From: an uncultured archaeon
Lineage (GTDB): Archaea > Asgardarchaeota > Lokiarchaeia > Sigyniarchaeales > SOKP01
Assembly: GCA_964525635.1 (NCBI GenBank)
Contig: CAZGJX010000012.1
Span: forward strand, 1-51,307
Direction: 5' to 3'
DNA length: 51,307 bases
How positions within the stretch are numbered: the first letter of the stretch is position 1; every line of letters begins with the position of its first letter. A model generated the notes under the pieces. The model did no database searches. It was not told the origin of the DNA and saw only the letters and a program-made list of their open reading frames with translations. Below, one piece after another: positions 1 through 10,802 of the stretch. Position numbers and translations under genes: made by a program.

Positions 1-813
1 TCCTTAAGAACTATCCCCTAAAAGAATGTCAATTAGATGAGATGTGGAGTTTTATAAAAAAAACAAAAAAATTTAACTGACTTTGAATATATAGAAGGTG
101 AATTAGGAGATGCGTGGATTTGGATTGCTTTTGATTCGATTCATAAAGTTGTTGTAGCGTATACAATTGGAAAAAGAACACTTCCAAAAGCAAAAGAATT
201 GCTCAATACTCTTCGAGATTGCATTTCAGAGGAAATCCCTTATTTTACAAGTGATGAATTAGATCATTATACTTGTGCGATTATAGAAGAATTTGGAATT
301 GAAAAAACCTTTCCGAAAACAGGAAAACGAGGTCGCCCAAGAAAACCCATCAAGGAGATCCTATCATCACTGATATACACACAGGTTCATAAATATCGAG
401 AACGTGGCAGAGTAACAAAAATTGATACTCATCTTATTTTCGGAACCGCAACTCAAGTAAAAGGACTTCTTTTAGACTCTCCTGTGAGTAATTCTGTTAA
501 TACAACGTTTGTTGAGCGAAATAACCTTACTATTCGACAACTAAATGGTAGATTTCAACGGAAGACATTACAGTTTTCTAAGAAAAAGGAATTATTTTCC
601 TCTCAATTGCACCTTTTTTTTGGGTATTATCATTTCATTCGTCCCCATCAATCCTTGAGGAAAAAAAATAGCATGCTTTCTGAGAAATGGAAAAAACAGA
701 CACCATTTATGAGTGCTGGGATTACAGATCATATCTGGGCATTTCGGGAATTATACTTTTATAGGATCTATTCGAAGAGAGGAGGTATAACTTAACAATT
801 ATAGGACACTAAG
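1..813 (+). mobile_element. IS1-family insertion sequence, partial (5' end outside window)
   Basis: Frame 3 reads ECQLDEMWSFIKK. Frame 1 from ~61 reads GDAWIWIAFD...TSDEL..Y...NTTFVERNNLTIRQ..GRFQRKTLQFSK...YHFIRPHQSL...TPFMSAGITDHIW, typical IS1 DDE motifs. CAATTATAGGACACTAAG just after the stop resembles an IS1-type right inverted repeat (..GGACACTACC). Confidence 0.85.
3..795 (+). CDS. IS1-family transposase, split by a frameshift at the A8 run (56-63)
   Basis: The DEMW motif is in frame 3. The remainder is open in frame 1 from 61 to the stop at 795 (the ORF track lists only 199-795). Confidence 0.8.
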
Positions 814-1065
814 CATTTTTTTAATTTGTCAATAAATTCAGTATCTCTCTTTTTTTAAATCTTAAAAACTCTATTTTAGAATTACCTCTTTTTTTGGATT
901 CGGATTTCGGGAACTTCTAACACCAAACCTTTTTGATCATGGGAAATTTCTCATGATCACCCTTTTTTCTTGTCTTTCTTATGGTTTAAATTATTTCATA
1001 TTACCTAAATAATAGATTTTCTCTGCAAATAGTTAAAAAATAGGAAAAAAAAAAATAACTAACTA

Positions 1066-1545
1066 TTAGGTCTTAATTTCCTCTTCAATATAGATTGTAT
1101 CTTTACTTTTTTCAAGCTTTTCAGATTTCCCCTTATAATTTAAGTTAAGATTTGTAGAAAATTCAATTTTTTCTTTCAATATGTGGTTTAATAGTAATTT
1201 AAAGACTTCAATTTGAGCAACACCCAGCATTTTTTTATAATTATCAATTGAAATAAATAATTGTTCATGATTTTGCATATTAAATGATATCTGGGATTGA
1301 TTTTTATTAAACCGATGATAAGTAGACCAAGACTGCTGTTCTCCCTTTAATACTCTCAATATCATAATAATCTCTTCTATTGAGAATTTTATTACTTTCC
1401 CTTCACTTTTGGACCATTTTTCCCAAGAACCATTTTGCTTTTTTTTAATACATCTAAGAAATACATATGGCTCCTTTTTCGAACTACTCTGAAGGATTAT
1501 TGCCGATTCTTTTCCAAAAAAGGAATAATTATGAGAATCTGTCAT
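1066..1545 (-). CDS. Hypothetical protein, possible Whirly/PC4-like nucleic-acid-binding fold
   Basis: 159-aa ORF with a repeated beta-beta-beta-beta-alpha pattern (IKFSIEEIIMILRVL...WSTYH; MLGVAQIEVFKLLLNHIL). Confidence 0.5.
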   Translation of the reverse strand: MTDSHNYSFFGKESAIILQSSSKKEPYVFLRCIKKKQNGSWEKWSKSEGKVIKFSIEEIIMILRVLKGEQQSWSTYHRFNKNQSQISFNMQNHEQLFISIDNYKKMLGVAQIEVFKLLLNHILKEKIEFSTNLNLNYKGKSEKLEKSKDTIYIEEEIKT

Positions 1546-2020
1546 AATACTATATATTCCATATCAAATTATATAAAAGAAAATAAAATAACATTTAAAA
1601 GGAAAAAGACCGACCTAAATTCTTAATGCATTATTGATCATTACTAAATTAACTACCTATTATTCTTTATATTCAATGCATTCTATGATAAGATCACTTC
1701 CGATTCTCTATAGAATCAAAACATCGTCGAAAATGTTTTTTTGATTATGAGATCTTTCTCATAATCTTTTTTTCCTCTATTATTTTTTATATCACTTACT
1801 TATTTCCTAATTCTTTATAGAAACAATTTATAACAAATTACTTATTTATAAAGAAATCCGAAATTATAATTGATAAATAGCTAGTCTTAAATTCTCTTTT
1901 ATTATTATTATTATTATTATTATTTTATGAATTTATTATTGATTATCAATATCCCAAAAAGATAATAATTTTTAGAAATGATCTATTTTTAAATACAATA
2001 CTAATAAATTTAATTTCGAT

Positions 2021-2449
2021 ATGAAAATGTCTGAAAATGAAAAACCTTTTACAATTGAAAGTTATATAGAGAATATCCAAAATAAGAAGTTAATGGGCTC
2101 TAAGTGTAAAGAATGTGGAGAGATATACGTTCCATCACGAAAATTATGTACGAAGTGTAATTCAACAAATATGGAATGGATTGAAATGTCTGGTGAAGGT
2201 GAATTGGCAGCATTTACTAGCATAACTGTTGGGACACCTTTTTTTGTAGAAAAAGGATATAATAGGAATAAGCCTTACTGCTTTTCAGTTATTAAATTAA
2301 AAGAGGGTCCAATGATAAGTGCTCAGTTAGTAGGAGTGGATGAGAGTAAACCAGATTCAATAAAAATTGGTACACCTGTCAAGGTAAAATTCTTAGAAAC
2401 ACAAATGAAAGAAGAAAGCAGAATAGACTTAGGATTTGAACCCATTTAA
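2021..2449 (+). CDS. Zn-ribbon/OB-fold protein (DUF35, acyl-CoA-binding family)
   Basis: CKECG..VPSRKLCTKC...MEWIEMSGEG..FT...PY...IKLKEG...IKIGTPVKVKF. Confidence 0.92.
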   Translation: MKMSENEKPFTIESYIENIQNKKLMGSKCKECGEIYVPSRKLCTKCNSTNMEWIEMSGEGELAAFTSITVGTPFFVEKGYNRNKPYCFSVIKLKEGPMISAQLVGVDESKPDSIKIGTPVKVKFLETQMKEESRIDLGFEPI

Positions 2450-2579
2450 ATCTATCATGTCATTTTCTTTTATTTATTCTTTATAATTAACATAAGTTTT
2501 ATTAATAATATTATTTTGGTGGATTTCTATAAAAAAGATATATAGTTATGTTATTTTAACGATATTAATTACAACTGGA

Positions 2580-3683
2580 ATGACTTTAATTATTTTATTT
2601 AATACAATTTTTACACACAATACAATAGTTAAAAATGTTAATATTGAATTGGAATTTAATGAAGAGAATGCTTTTATATATGTAAAAAATCAAACTAATG
2701 ATATTGGGCTTCGGATTCCTGGAACTGATCAACATAAACAATGCCTTAGTTTCTTTATTTCAAAATTTAAAGAAATTAATTCCAGTTTTACTTATTCTTT
2801 TCATAATTTTACTGTTTTAGGTATAAATTGTTCTAATCTTTTATTTAAAATGAATGAAGAAAAAGAAAATATTGTAATCTTAGGTGCTCATTTTGATTCC
2901 AGGAAAAGAGCCACAAAAGATCCGGTTAATACGAGTGCACCTGTACCTGGTGCGAATGATGGAGCCAGTGGTTGTGCTGTATTACTTGAACTCGCTAGAG
3001 TGTTGTATAATAAGAGGGATAATTTATCATGTCAGATCTGGTTTCTATTTTTTGATGCTGAAGATCAAGGGCGTGATTTAGATTTTGGAATTCCTGATTG
3101 GGAGTGGTGTGAAGGATCAGAACGATTTGTAAATAATATTGAGGACTATTACGATACTAGTGAGGAAAGATTTGAATGTATGGTGCTTTTAGATATGGTT
3201 GGTGGAGTTAATCTAAAATTCATAAAAGAAACACATTCAACAAGTTTACTTTTAGATGAGATTTTTAAAGTTGGAAGACAATTAGGTTATACTAATGCGT
3301 TTCCAGAATCACCAGAATCTAATTCCATTAAAGATGATCATGTGTATTTCGTAGAATATGGAATCCCTTCTGCGGATTTAATAATTAATTTCTGGAATAA
3401 CCCCAGTTGGCCTTATCATCATACAACTGAAGATAATCTTTCCAATATATCAAATTACAGCCTTCAAATTACTGGTAGAACTGTTGAACAATTTATCTAT
3501 AATAAATTTCTTAACGAATCCAATTTTGAATATCAAGGTAATTATCCTTGGAATTTAGATAATATATTTATTGATTATAATCTATATTTTCAAATTTCAT
3601 TTCTTGTAATATTGATAATATGTCCTATATTAATATATATTATAACTTTAGCAAAAGATAAAGCTAAGTTAAATAACCTGTAG
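2580..3683 (+). CDS. M28-family metallopeptidase / glutaminyl cyclase-like, membrane anchored
   Basis: ILGAHFDSR, GANDGASG, FFDAED, LLDMVG, DDHVYF and HHTTED motifs, plus a C-terminal TM helix. Confidence 0.9.
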   Translation: MTLIILFNTIFTHNTIVKNVNIELEFNEENAFIYVKNQTNDIGLRIPGTDQHKQCLSFFISKFKEINSSFTYSFHNFTVLGINCSNLLFKMNEEKENIVILGAHFDSRKRATKDPVNTSAPVPGANDGASGCAVLLELARVLYNKRDNLSCQIWFLFFDAEDQGRDLDFGIPDWEWCEGSERFVNNIEDYYDTSEERFECMVLLDMVGGVNLKFIKETHSTSLLLDEIFKVGRQLGYTNAFPESPESNSIKDDHVYFVEYGIPSADLIINFWNNPSWPYHHTTEDNLSNISNYSLQITGRTVEQFIYNKFLNESNFEYQGNYPWNLDNIFIDYNLYFQISFLVILIICPILIYIITLAKDKAKLNNL

Positions 3684-3774
3684 AGAAACATTCGATGTAT
3701 TTTATTATTTTTTATAGAAATCCTTATTTTCAATTAAATACTTTAGAATGTGTATTTAATAAAACTGTATCACT

Positions 3775-4452
3775 ATGAAAATTAGATTATTTAACAGAGA
3801 AGGTAGAAGGCCTAAAAAACCTAAATCAAAAAGAACAAAAATAATCATCACAGTAATCTTTATTTGCATAGCAATAGCTTCACCATTTATATTATGGGGA
3901 ATACTACAATTATCATTAGGTACTCACATGCCAATAACTGTTGTATCTTCAGGATCTATGGAACCTGCTCTTTATAAAGGAGATTTAGTCTTTCTCCAAG
4001 GTAAAAATCCAGCAGATATTAAAAATGGTACTATAGATGATAAAAATGGCGACATTATTGTTTTTAATACACATGGAATTTGGGGTTACTATGTGGCTGA
4101 ACCTGTCATACATCGAGTTATTGATAAAAGATATACAGATCAATGGGAGTTTTATACAAAAGGAGATAATAATGTTGGGCCTGATGGATGGTGGATGCCC
4201 GAAGATCATATTATTGGAGTTGTCTGTGGAGTTATACCTAAAATAGGTTGGATAAAATTATGGTTTTATGAAGCTAATTGGCTGGTTTATGTTGTAGTTG
4301 GATTATTATTATTCCTTATAATAAGTATTATCTGGGACGTCATAAAGGAAAAAGAAGAAGATGAGGAAAAGGATAAGAAATTGTTTATAGAGAAGAATAA
4401 TGTTCCTGAAGATCAAACTAAAAAAGATAATTCAGAAGGTATTAAAAAATAG
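3775..4452 (+). CDS. sec11: Signal peptidase I, archaeal/ER type
   Basis: VVSSGSMEP, GDIIVF, VIHRV and TKGDNN motifs with flanking TM helices. Confidence 0.93.
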   Translation: MKIRLFNREGRRPKKPKSKRTKIIITVIFICIAIASPFILWGILQLSLGTHMPITVVSSGSMEPALYKGDLVFLQGKNPADIKNGTIDDKNGDIIVFNTHGIWGYYVAEPVIHRVIDKRYTDQWEFYTKGDNNVGPDGWWMPEDHIIGVVCGVIPKIGWIKLWFYEANWLVYVVVGLLLFLIISIIWDVIKEKEEDEEKDKKLFIEKNNVPEDQTKKDNSEGIKK

Positions 4453-4657
4453 ATTTTTAACACCTATTTTTATAAAATTTGTTTTTGAATTTTTTAATAA
4501 AATTTAAAAAATTTTTTAAATTTCTAAACTTAACTTTATATTTTTTTTATTGATAAAGTATTATTATCGTAATTTTATTTATTTTAATTACGAAACACTG
4601 TAAATCATAATACAATAAAACAAAAAAACAAAATAACTTAGACCGAGGTAAAAAATA

Positions 4658-4939
4658 ATGGCTAATAAAGATGAAAATGCTGTATTTGTTGGTCGAAGAC
4701 CAACAATGAATTATGTTATGGCTACTATGATGATCTTAAATAAAGGTGAAGAATGTACCGTAAAAGCTAGAGGAAGAGCTATCTCTCATGCTGTTGATGT
4801 ATGTGAGATTTTGAGAAATAGATTTCTCAAAGGAACAGAATATAAAGACATTCGACTAAGCACCGAAATATTAGAAGGAGAAAATAGTGCCTCAAATAAT
4901 GTAAGTTCAATTGAAATTGTTTTATCACCACCAAAATAA
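4658..4939 (+). CDS. albA: DNA/RNA-binding protein Alba
   Basis: VFVGRRPTMNYV, VKARGRAISHAVDV, VSSIEIVL; SD-like GAGGT upstream. Confidence 0.96.
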   Translation: MANKDENAVFVGRRPTMNYVMATMMILNKGEECTVKARGRAISHAVDVCEILRNRFLKGTEYKDIRLSTEILEGENSASNNVSSIEIVLSPPK

Positions 4940-5152
4940 AGGAGTATCTAATTACTGAAATACATTGATACTTTTCTACAAGTGCTTATTCAATATTTTT
5001 TTTTTCTAATATCCATTTTAAAGTATTCTGAAAACTCTAAATTTAATCTAAATTATTCTATGTGAGATTCATTTTTGAAATTCTATTCTTTTTTAGTTGA
5101 TTTTAAATACGTATCTAAAGATTAAGGAATAAAATTATAGGGTGTATGTGAT

Positions 5153-5263
5153 ATGAATAAAAAAATAATTGTTTCATTAGCATTACTTTTAGTTATAGCA
5201 TATGGTATAAATATGGCAACAGCAGGTGTATCTATTCCTGGATGTTCTGAAGGACAACCTTAA
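5153..5263 (+). CDS. 36-aa small ORF with signal peptide (not in ORF track)
   Basis: MNKKIIVSLALLLVIAYGINMATAGVSIPGCSEGQP: basic n-region, hydrophobic h-region, A-T-A cleavage site. GGGTG lies upstream and a T-rich tract downstream. Confidence 0.55.
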   Translation: MNKKIIVSLALLLVIAYGINMATAGVSIPGCSEGQP

Positions 5264-5400
5264 ACTGAAATATCTTTAAAAATACCTATATTTTCCTTTT
5301 TATTTTTAATTAATTATAAAATATGTATCATGGATTTTGTATATTCTGATATGGTATAAATAGTCAAAAAAAAAAGTAAGAAAATGATTTAATTCCTTAG

Positions 5401-6120
5401 CTATTTCTCTTTAAGAAGAAGCCTTTTCGCCCATTCGGGTAGTAACCACCCCGCATAGTAGAATATTGCACACATAACTAAGAAGATTTTTCCAATGATC
5501 ATTATTACAATATGTATGGTACTAATAATCTCAAAGACTCCTCCTAGAAAGAATAAACTTGCACCTACAATAATTAATTTTCCCTTTAACTTAATCTCAG
5601 AATATTCTGATTTTAAAGATTTTATACCAAATATTATTCCTGTGATTAAAATAATAACTACTAAAGATCCATAATATATTGAGAACATCAAACTATTATT
5701 TACATCAATAGGTGGAATAAAAGTTCCAATTTGGTTTGGGTCCGTAATAATAAAATATAAAATAAAAGCTTCCATTAGCAAACTATAAATTCCGAAACAA
5801 AGTAATACGATTTTTTTATTTTTTTTAAAAGCTAGCTCAGTAAATACAACGAGCCAAGCAAAGGAACTAATTGGCAAGAAAACATTTCCTATGAACATGA
5901 ACACTGCTGTATCAAAATCATTTAATGTTATAAGTGTATAAATAACTGAGATTGATTTTGCCATCCAGAGAGATGCTAATCCTATCCAAGTAAAACCAAA
6001 ATATAAAAAAGTTTTTTGTTTATACTTAAAATATTTTGATGCTATTATTAAGCCTAATGTAATTGATACTATAACAAAAATCAAGCAAAAAAAACCATTT
6101 AAAATATCTGATAATTCCAT
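5401..6120 (-). CDS. Polytopic (~7 TM) membrane protein, receptor-like
   Basis: About seven hydrophobic segments; paralogue of 6337-7068. Confidence 0.8.
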   Translation of the reverse strand: MELSDILNGFFCLIFVIVSITLGLIIASKYFKYKQKTFLYFGFTWIGLASLWMAKSISVIYTLITLNDFDTAVFMFIGNVFLPISSFAWLVVFTELAFKKNKKIVLLCFGIYSLLMEAFILYFIITDPNQIGTFIPPIDVNNSLMFSIYYGSLVVIILITGIIFGIKSLKSEYSEIKLKGKLIIVGASLFFLGGVFEIISTIHIVIMIIGKIFLVMCAIFYYAGWLLPEWAKRLLLKEK

Positions 6121-6336
6121 AATTTCTTTGGTAACGTTAATCTATTATATATTTTTAGTATATTATTTAAAAAAGTAATATTATTATAATATATTAATCA
6201 AGAGGATTTTACAACATAATATCTATTGTTTTAATTTAGATTAGTGGAAGTCTGGTAATTTTATCAGACTATAATAATCTCTATTTTTATGACAATTTCT
6301 ATAATAAAATAATAGGAAAAAAAAAGACTGATTAGA

Positions 6337-7068
6337 TTAATTATTTTTCTGTAAGAAAAGCTTTTTACTCCAATCTGGCAATAACCAGCCGTTATAATAT
6401 AATATCGCACCGATCATTAACAATATTTTACCTATAATCATTATTGTTATACTTATATGACTGATAATCTCAATAGCTGCACCTAAAACAATAAAACATG
6501 TTGAAATAATAATCAATTTTCCTTTTAACTTAATCTCTTCCTTTTCTGATTTTAAAGATATTTTCCCAATTATTAAACCACAAATTAAAATTAAAGCTAC
6601 AAGTGAAGCATGGTAAGTTGTTATAATTGGATTATAATCAGCATCAATAGGAGCGTAGAAAGTTCCAAGGTGAATTGGATCAAAATATAGAAAATATAAG
6701 AAAGATATTTCTATTAACAAACTGAAAATACCATAAATGATTAGAATAGGTTTCCTATATTGTTTATAAGCTAGTTCGGTAAATGCAAGTAGCCAAATAA
6801 TGGCTGTAAATGGTAGGAGAAAGTTTCCTATAAACATGAACCAAAATTTATTCAAATCATTATTTGTTGTGAGCGTATATATTACTGATATCGATTTTGC
6901 CATCCAGAGAGAAGTTAATCCTAACCATGTAAAACCGATATATAGAAATGTTTTCTGTTTATATTTAAAATATTTTGAAGCAATTATCATCCCAGTTACG
7001 ATTAAAATAATAACGAAAATAGTACTAAAAATACCATTTAATAGATCTATTAATTCTAGAGGTGGCAT
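6337..7068 (-). CDS. Polytopic (~7 TM) membrane protein, tandem paralogue
   Basis: Shares IIASKYFKYKQKTFLY, SLWMAKSISVIYTL, EIKLKGKLII and GWLLPxW with 5401-6120. Confidence 0.8.
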   Translation of the reverse strand: MPPLELIDLLNGIFSTIFVIILIVTGMIIASKYFKYKQKTFLYIGFTWLGLTSLWMAKSISVIYTLTTNNDLNKFWFMFIGNFLLPFTAIIWLLAFTELAYKQYRKPILIIYGIFSLLIEISFLYFLYFDPIHLGTFYAPIDADYNPIITTYHASLVALILICGLIIGKISLKSEKEEIKLKGKLIIISTCFIVLGAAIEIISHISITIMIIGKILLMIGAILYYNGWLLPDWSKKLFLQKNN

Positions 7069-7309
7069 CAGTTTATTTCTTTTTTATTGTTATTAATATT
7101 ATTGATTAAGATATAATGGTTTTTCTTATTTAAAAATTTAAGACAACCTATTAATAATTTTTTCAATATATACTTAAAATTTATTTGATAAGATTAAACA
7201 ATAAAAATCAAAAGAATTTAATAAATAATAATCTATAATAAAGAATCTATATTGATAAAGAATATAAAAAAAAGTTTGGTGAATAATTGTTTTATATTTA
7301 CTTGTTTCA

Positions 7310-8356
7310 ATGTTAGATTTTTTTATAGTTACATTTATGATAATTCATATAAAAAAAACTTGGAATGAAAATAATAAAGAGATATATAAAAAGATAAATG
7401 AATTAGCATATTGTATTCTGACTTTAGCATTTGCATTTTATTATCCTTTTTTGATTTTTCTTTTTGGAAATGGATATTCTGGTTTTATATTTTCAACAGC
7501 AGTAGAAGATTTTATATTTCTTGGAAACATTCTAATTGTTGGAGAAAGTCTCCTTATCTTTTTATGGGCGATTTCAGCAAAAATAAGAACAATCAGGAAT
7601 CCAGAGTTATTAAATACAAAAAATAATTACACGTTATTTAAACAAGAATTTCTAAGAGATTATTCAAAAAAAAATAATATTAAAAGGAAATGTTATCATT
7701 TATTACCTTTTGGAGTGGTAGGATTAATAACATTTTTATTTTATTTATTTTCACGAATTATTGGAGAATCTTGGATAAATTATGCCTTATTTTCTATAGT
7801 TATATTAGGAGCTGATTTTGCCTTCACATTCATAATTGGAGATGTTGTTCGTTTGCTCGATTTTAGTTATATGCCTCCTAAAGCAGGAGAATTATTTAAA
7901 GTAGCTATGACAGATGAGGAATTAGATACATTTACAAGTACTTCTGTAATGGTTTTTGGATTTGGACCATTTATTTTTTTTAATTTTTCAATTTTTTTCA
8001 TAATTGTTCTGATTTCTGCCGTAGCAGATGCTTTTGCTTCAATTATAGGTGTTCATTTTTCAAAAAAGAATCATTTTTTTCCAAAAGGAACAAAAAAAAC
8101 CCTTGAAGGCTATATTGGAGGTATAATTTTTACATTCATTTGTAGTTTATTTGGAGCTTATTTTTCTAATTCGCTAGGTTTATCAAATTGGCCAATAGAA
8201 GTTACAATTTTTATAGCTATTATACTCTCGCTCACTTTCTTTGTTATAGATTTTATTACAAGTAAAATAAAATTACAGGATAATTATCTCAATTCTTTAA
8301 TAATTGGTAGTATATTGCTTTTTACTCTCTTATTATTTAAAATCCCAATCTTTTAG
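7310..8356 (+). CDS. Polyprenol/dolichol/diacylglycerol kinase family (CTP-dependent) membrane protein
   Basis: RKCYHL, ADAFASIIG and KKTLEG motifs; multiple TM helices. Confidence 0.8.
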   Translation: MLDFFIVTFMIIHIKKTWNENNKEIYKKINELAYCILTLAFAFYYPFLIFLFGNGYSGFIFSTAVEDFIFLGNILIVGESLLIFLWAISAKIRTIRNPELLNTKNNYTLFKQEFLRDYSKKNNIKRKCYHLLPFGVVGLITFLFYLFSRIIGESWINYALFSIVILGADFAFTFIIGDVVRLLDFSYMPPKAGELFKVAMTDEELDTFTSTSVMVFGFGPFIFFNFSIFFIIVLISAVADAFASIIGVHFSKKNHFFPKGTKKTLEGYIGGIIFTFICSLFGAYFSNSLGLSNWPIEVTIFIAIILSLTFFVIDFITSKIKLQDNYLNSLIIGSILLFTLLLFKIPIF

Positions 8357-8359
8357 ATT

Positions 8360-8749
8360 TTAAATTTTCTCTATGTTGTTTGAATATTGGAAATTATCAT
8401 TTCTTATTTTTGAGATTAAATGCCCTTTGCTTAATAATTGAATACCAAATTGTTTACTATAATCCTTAGAGAAATCAGTAACTACATTACAGATCATTAT
8501 TCCTCCTTGTATTTCTGGGACATCAGTACATGCTTTGTGTAATTGTCTTAATTGGGTAATTGAAATCTCTCTTTGCCAATCTCTGATAAATAGACCAAAA
8601 CTTTCTAAATCATCGTTTTGAACTATTGCGTCAAAAGACCATTTCTTACCTGACTTTCCTTTTAAACTCTCAGGTTTTCCAATAAACCTATATCTTCTGG
8701 AAAATAATAATTTCGCTAATTCATATAAATTTTTGTCGGAAAGAGCCAT
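8360..8749 (-). CDS. Restriction-endonuclease-like (Mrr-cat/PD-(D/E)xK) fold protein, probably degenerate
   Basis: LKGKSG..WSFD, ISITQLRQL and FSKDYSKQFGIQLL pattern; the catalytic ExK is not evident. Confidence 0.6.
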   Translation of the reverse strand: MALSDKNLYELAKLLFSRRYRFIGKPESLKGKSGKKWSFDAIVQNDDLESFGLFIRDWQREISITQLRQLHKACTDVPEIQGGIMICNVVTDFSKDYSKQFGIQLLSKGHLISKIRNDNFQYSNNIEKI

Positions 8750-8937
8750 TTGACATTTCGTTGTTTATTTAATTTAATTTTTATTTTTTCTGTATTATAT
8801 AAATACTATCTTCATATACATCTATATATTTCTTAAGAATTTGTATTATGCACACAATATTTAAATTTAAAAACCATTTATGAATCAATTCCCCTTTCTT
8901 TTTCATTCGACAAAATTCTTTATAATATAGAATCAAC

Positions 8938-9771
8938 CTATTTGAAAATTTGATTTTTAAACAATAAATAAAATGGATAATTTCCATCTGTATCTACCCC
9001 ATATTCTTTTACAAAATTGAATAGTTTTTTTTCTAAGAATTCAATTAGTTTCTGAGCTATAATATCACATATTTTTTTACATTCCAGAAAATTATCTTGA
9101 ATAAGAATGCATTTTTTATTATATTTTAGACAGAATTTTTTAATTTGTAATGAAATACCTTCAGCAAGTAAGGGTGTTAAACAATTCCAAGTATCTCGAA
9201 AACCAGCTAATTGTGATGGACCATATTTCTTAATTTGACAACTCAATTTATTATCATTCAATTCTATCCTACTCGAATTTCTGATTCTGTCATTAATTAA
9301 TTTTAATTCCTTTCTTGCTTCTATTTCACATAAAAAATTATATTTTTCAAGAATTTTTTCAGCTTGAGCTGTTTTATTAGGAGAAATTATTTTCCAACCA
9401 CCTGTTTTCTTACATTTAATCAAATTATTATTAGATTTTGAGAATCCTGTTGGGTAGATCCAGCATTGTGGTGGTTTAATTCCTGTTTTATGAACCTTAC
9501 AACCATTAATTTTTTTATCAAAAAAAAAACATTTGCCGGTATCTTCATTAAATCTTAGTTTAAAGCTAAAAATATCTGATCTTATGAAATCCTCTTTTTT
9601 TGCGATTTTTCTTTTAATATATTCTTCTGCTAATACTTTAGGTACGTCAATTTGTATAGAACAACAATCTCCCTTACAAATATTTGGATCTATACAATTG
9701 GGCCCTTCTATTGAAGTTCTCATTAATTCATTGAATTCTTTAATTAAAGTCCAAAAGTATATATTTTTCAT
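8938..9771 (-). CDS. YkgJ-family (CxxCxxCC) cysteine-cluster protein
   Basis: CIDPNICKGDCC, GKCFFF, CKVH...KPPQCWIYP. Confidence 0.82.
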   Translation of the reverse strand: MKNIYFWTLIKEFNELMRTSIEGPNCIDPNICKGDCCSIQIDVPKVLAEEYIKRKIAKKEDFIRSDIFSFKLRFNEDTGKCFFFDKKINGCKVHKTGIKPPQCWIYPTGFSKSNNNLIKCKKTGGWKIISPNKTAQAEKILEKYNFLCEIEARKELKLINDRIRNSSRIELNDNKLSCQIKKYGPSQLAGFRDTWNCLTPLLAEGISLQIKKFCLKYNKKCILIQDNFLECKKICDIIAQKLIEFLEKKLFNFVKEYGVDTDGNYPFYLLFKNQIFK

Positions 9772-10104
9772 TTATTTTTATATCCTTTAAGAGGTGCTTA
9801 TTATCGTTGTGCTATTAAACAATTAGTTAGAGTATTGTTATATAAATTTTATTATCATATTATTGTGATTTCAATAAATATAAAAAAAAAAGCAATAATT
9901 GAAATAATGATTCTCTCTCGACCAATATTGTTCAATTTATTTCTTTTTTTAATTAAATTATTTATTCTTCTGCTGATATATCTAATATTTACAATTTTTT
10001 CAATATTAATTTTTGAAAAATTAATTTGAACTAAAAAAAAATGTTTATATGTTAAAAAAAAATTATACTTATTTATTTAAATATGAATTAGAAAGGTGTA
10101 AGAA

Positions 10105-10569
10105 ATAGAAAAAACAAAATTGGAAAAAGTATTCTTTTTATTAAACATTTAATTTTGTATAATCACTGTAATTTTGGGCATTACTATAGCATTCTCTATA
10201 ATGAAAATACTTGCCCATCCAGATATAGAAGGAGATATACCTCCCGGAGCCATTGCAGGTATTAAAGGGACACTTGCTACTTCTATATTACTTCCTATTG
10301 TTGCAATTATTTTAAGCGCGAAAGCTATGAATTCTCTTGATACAAGTGAAAGTTTTGTATATGTTGCAGGTTTTATAACTTTAGCTACATCAGTAATTTC
10401 GGCAATTATTGGTGGATTTTGGTTTGTGTTTCTTAATTTCTTATCTGCTACTCCTCCAGTGAGGGTCATGCTTAATAACCTACGGTTCTTAATTATAGGG
10501 TGTATTGCTACGCAAGTTCTTGTTGCTATAGATACTTTAGTTTGTATTATCATTAAATTTACAGAATAA
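10105..10569 (+). pseudogene. Small 4-TM membrane protein with an in-frame TAA at 10150-10152
   Basis: The frame upstream of ORF 10174 reads IEKTKLEKVFFLLNI*FCIITVILGIT after an SD-like AGGTG, so the stop falls within the first hydrophobic segment. Confidence 0.5.
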
Positions 10570-10802
10570 AATAGAAAATCCATGTTTTATCATTATTAAC
10601 AAGATTTATACATTATTTTTTTTCTATTTTGTTATAATATTATTTTTTAATTTTTACTAAATCATTTCCTTAGATTTTTTCAAGAAAGTAATGATTCTAG
10701 CAATAAGGGTACTAAAATTTATATTTGTAAACTTTATTTTTTTATTAATCAAAATTTATTGAAATCAAGAATTTTAATAAAAAGAAACGGGTTCAAACAA
10801 AA

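Noticed and set aside
1630-1770. Possible decayed gene or hairpin (AATCAAAACAT...ATGTTTTTTTGATT)
   Set aside because: Stops in all minus-strand frames and no recognisable family; the hairpin is AT-rich and imperfect.
1895-1925. (ATT)n microsatellite
   Set aside because: Low-complexity tract expected in AT-rich intergenic DNA; no functional evidence.
10149-10583. 144-aa minus-strand ORF
   Set aside because: Antisense shadow of the plus-strand membrane protein, which has an SD and a coherent TM pattern.
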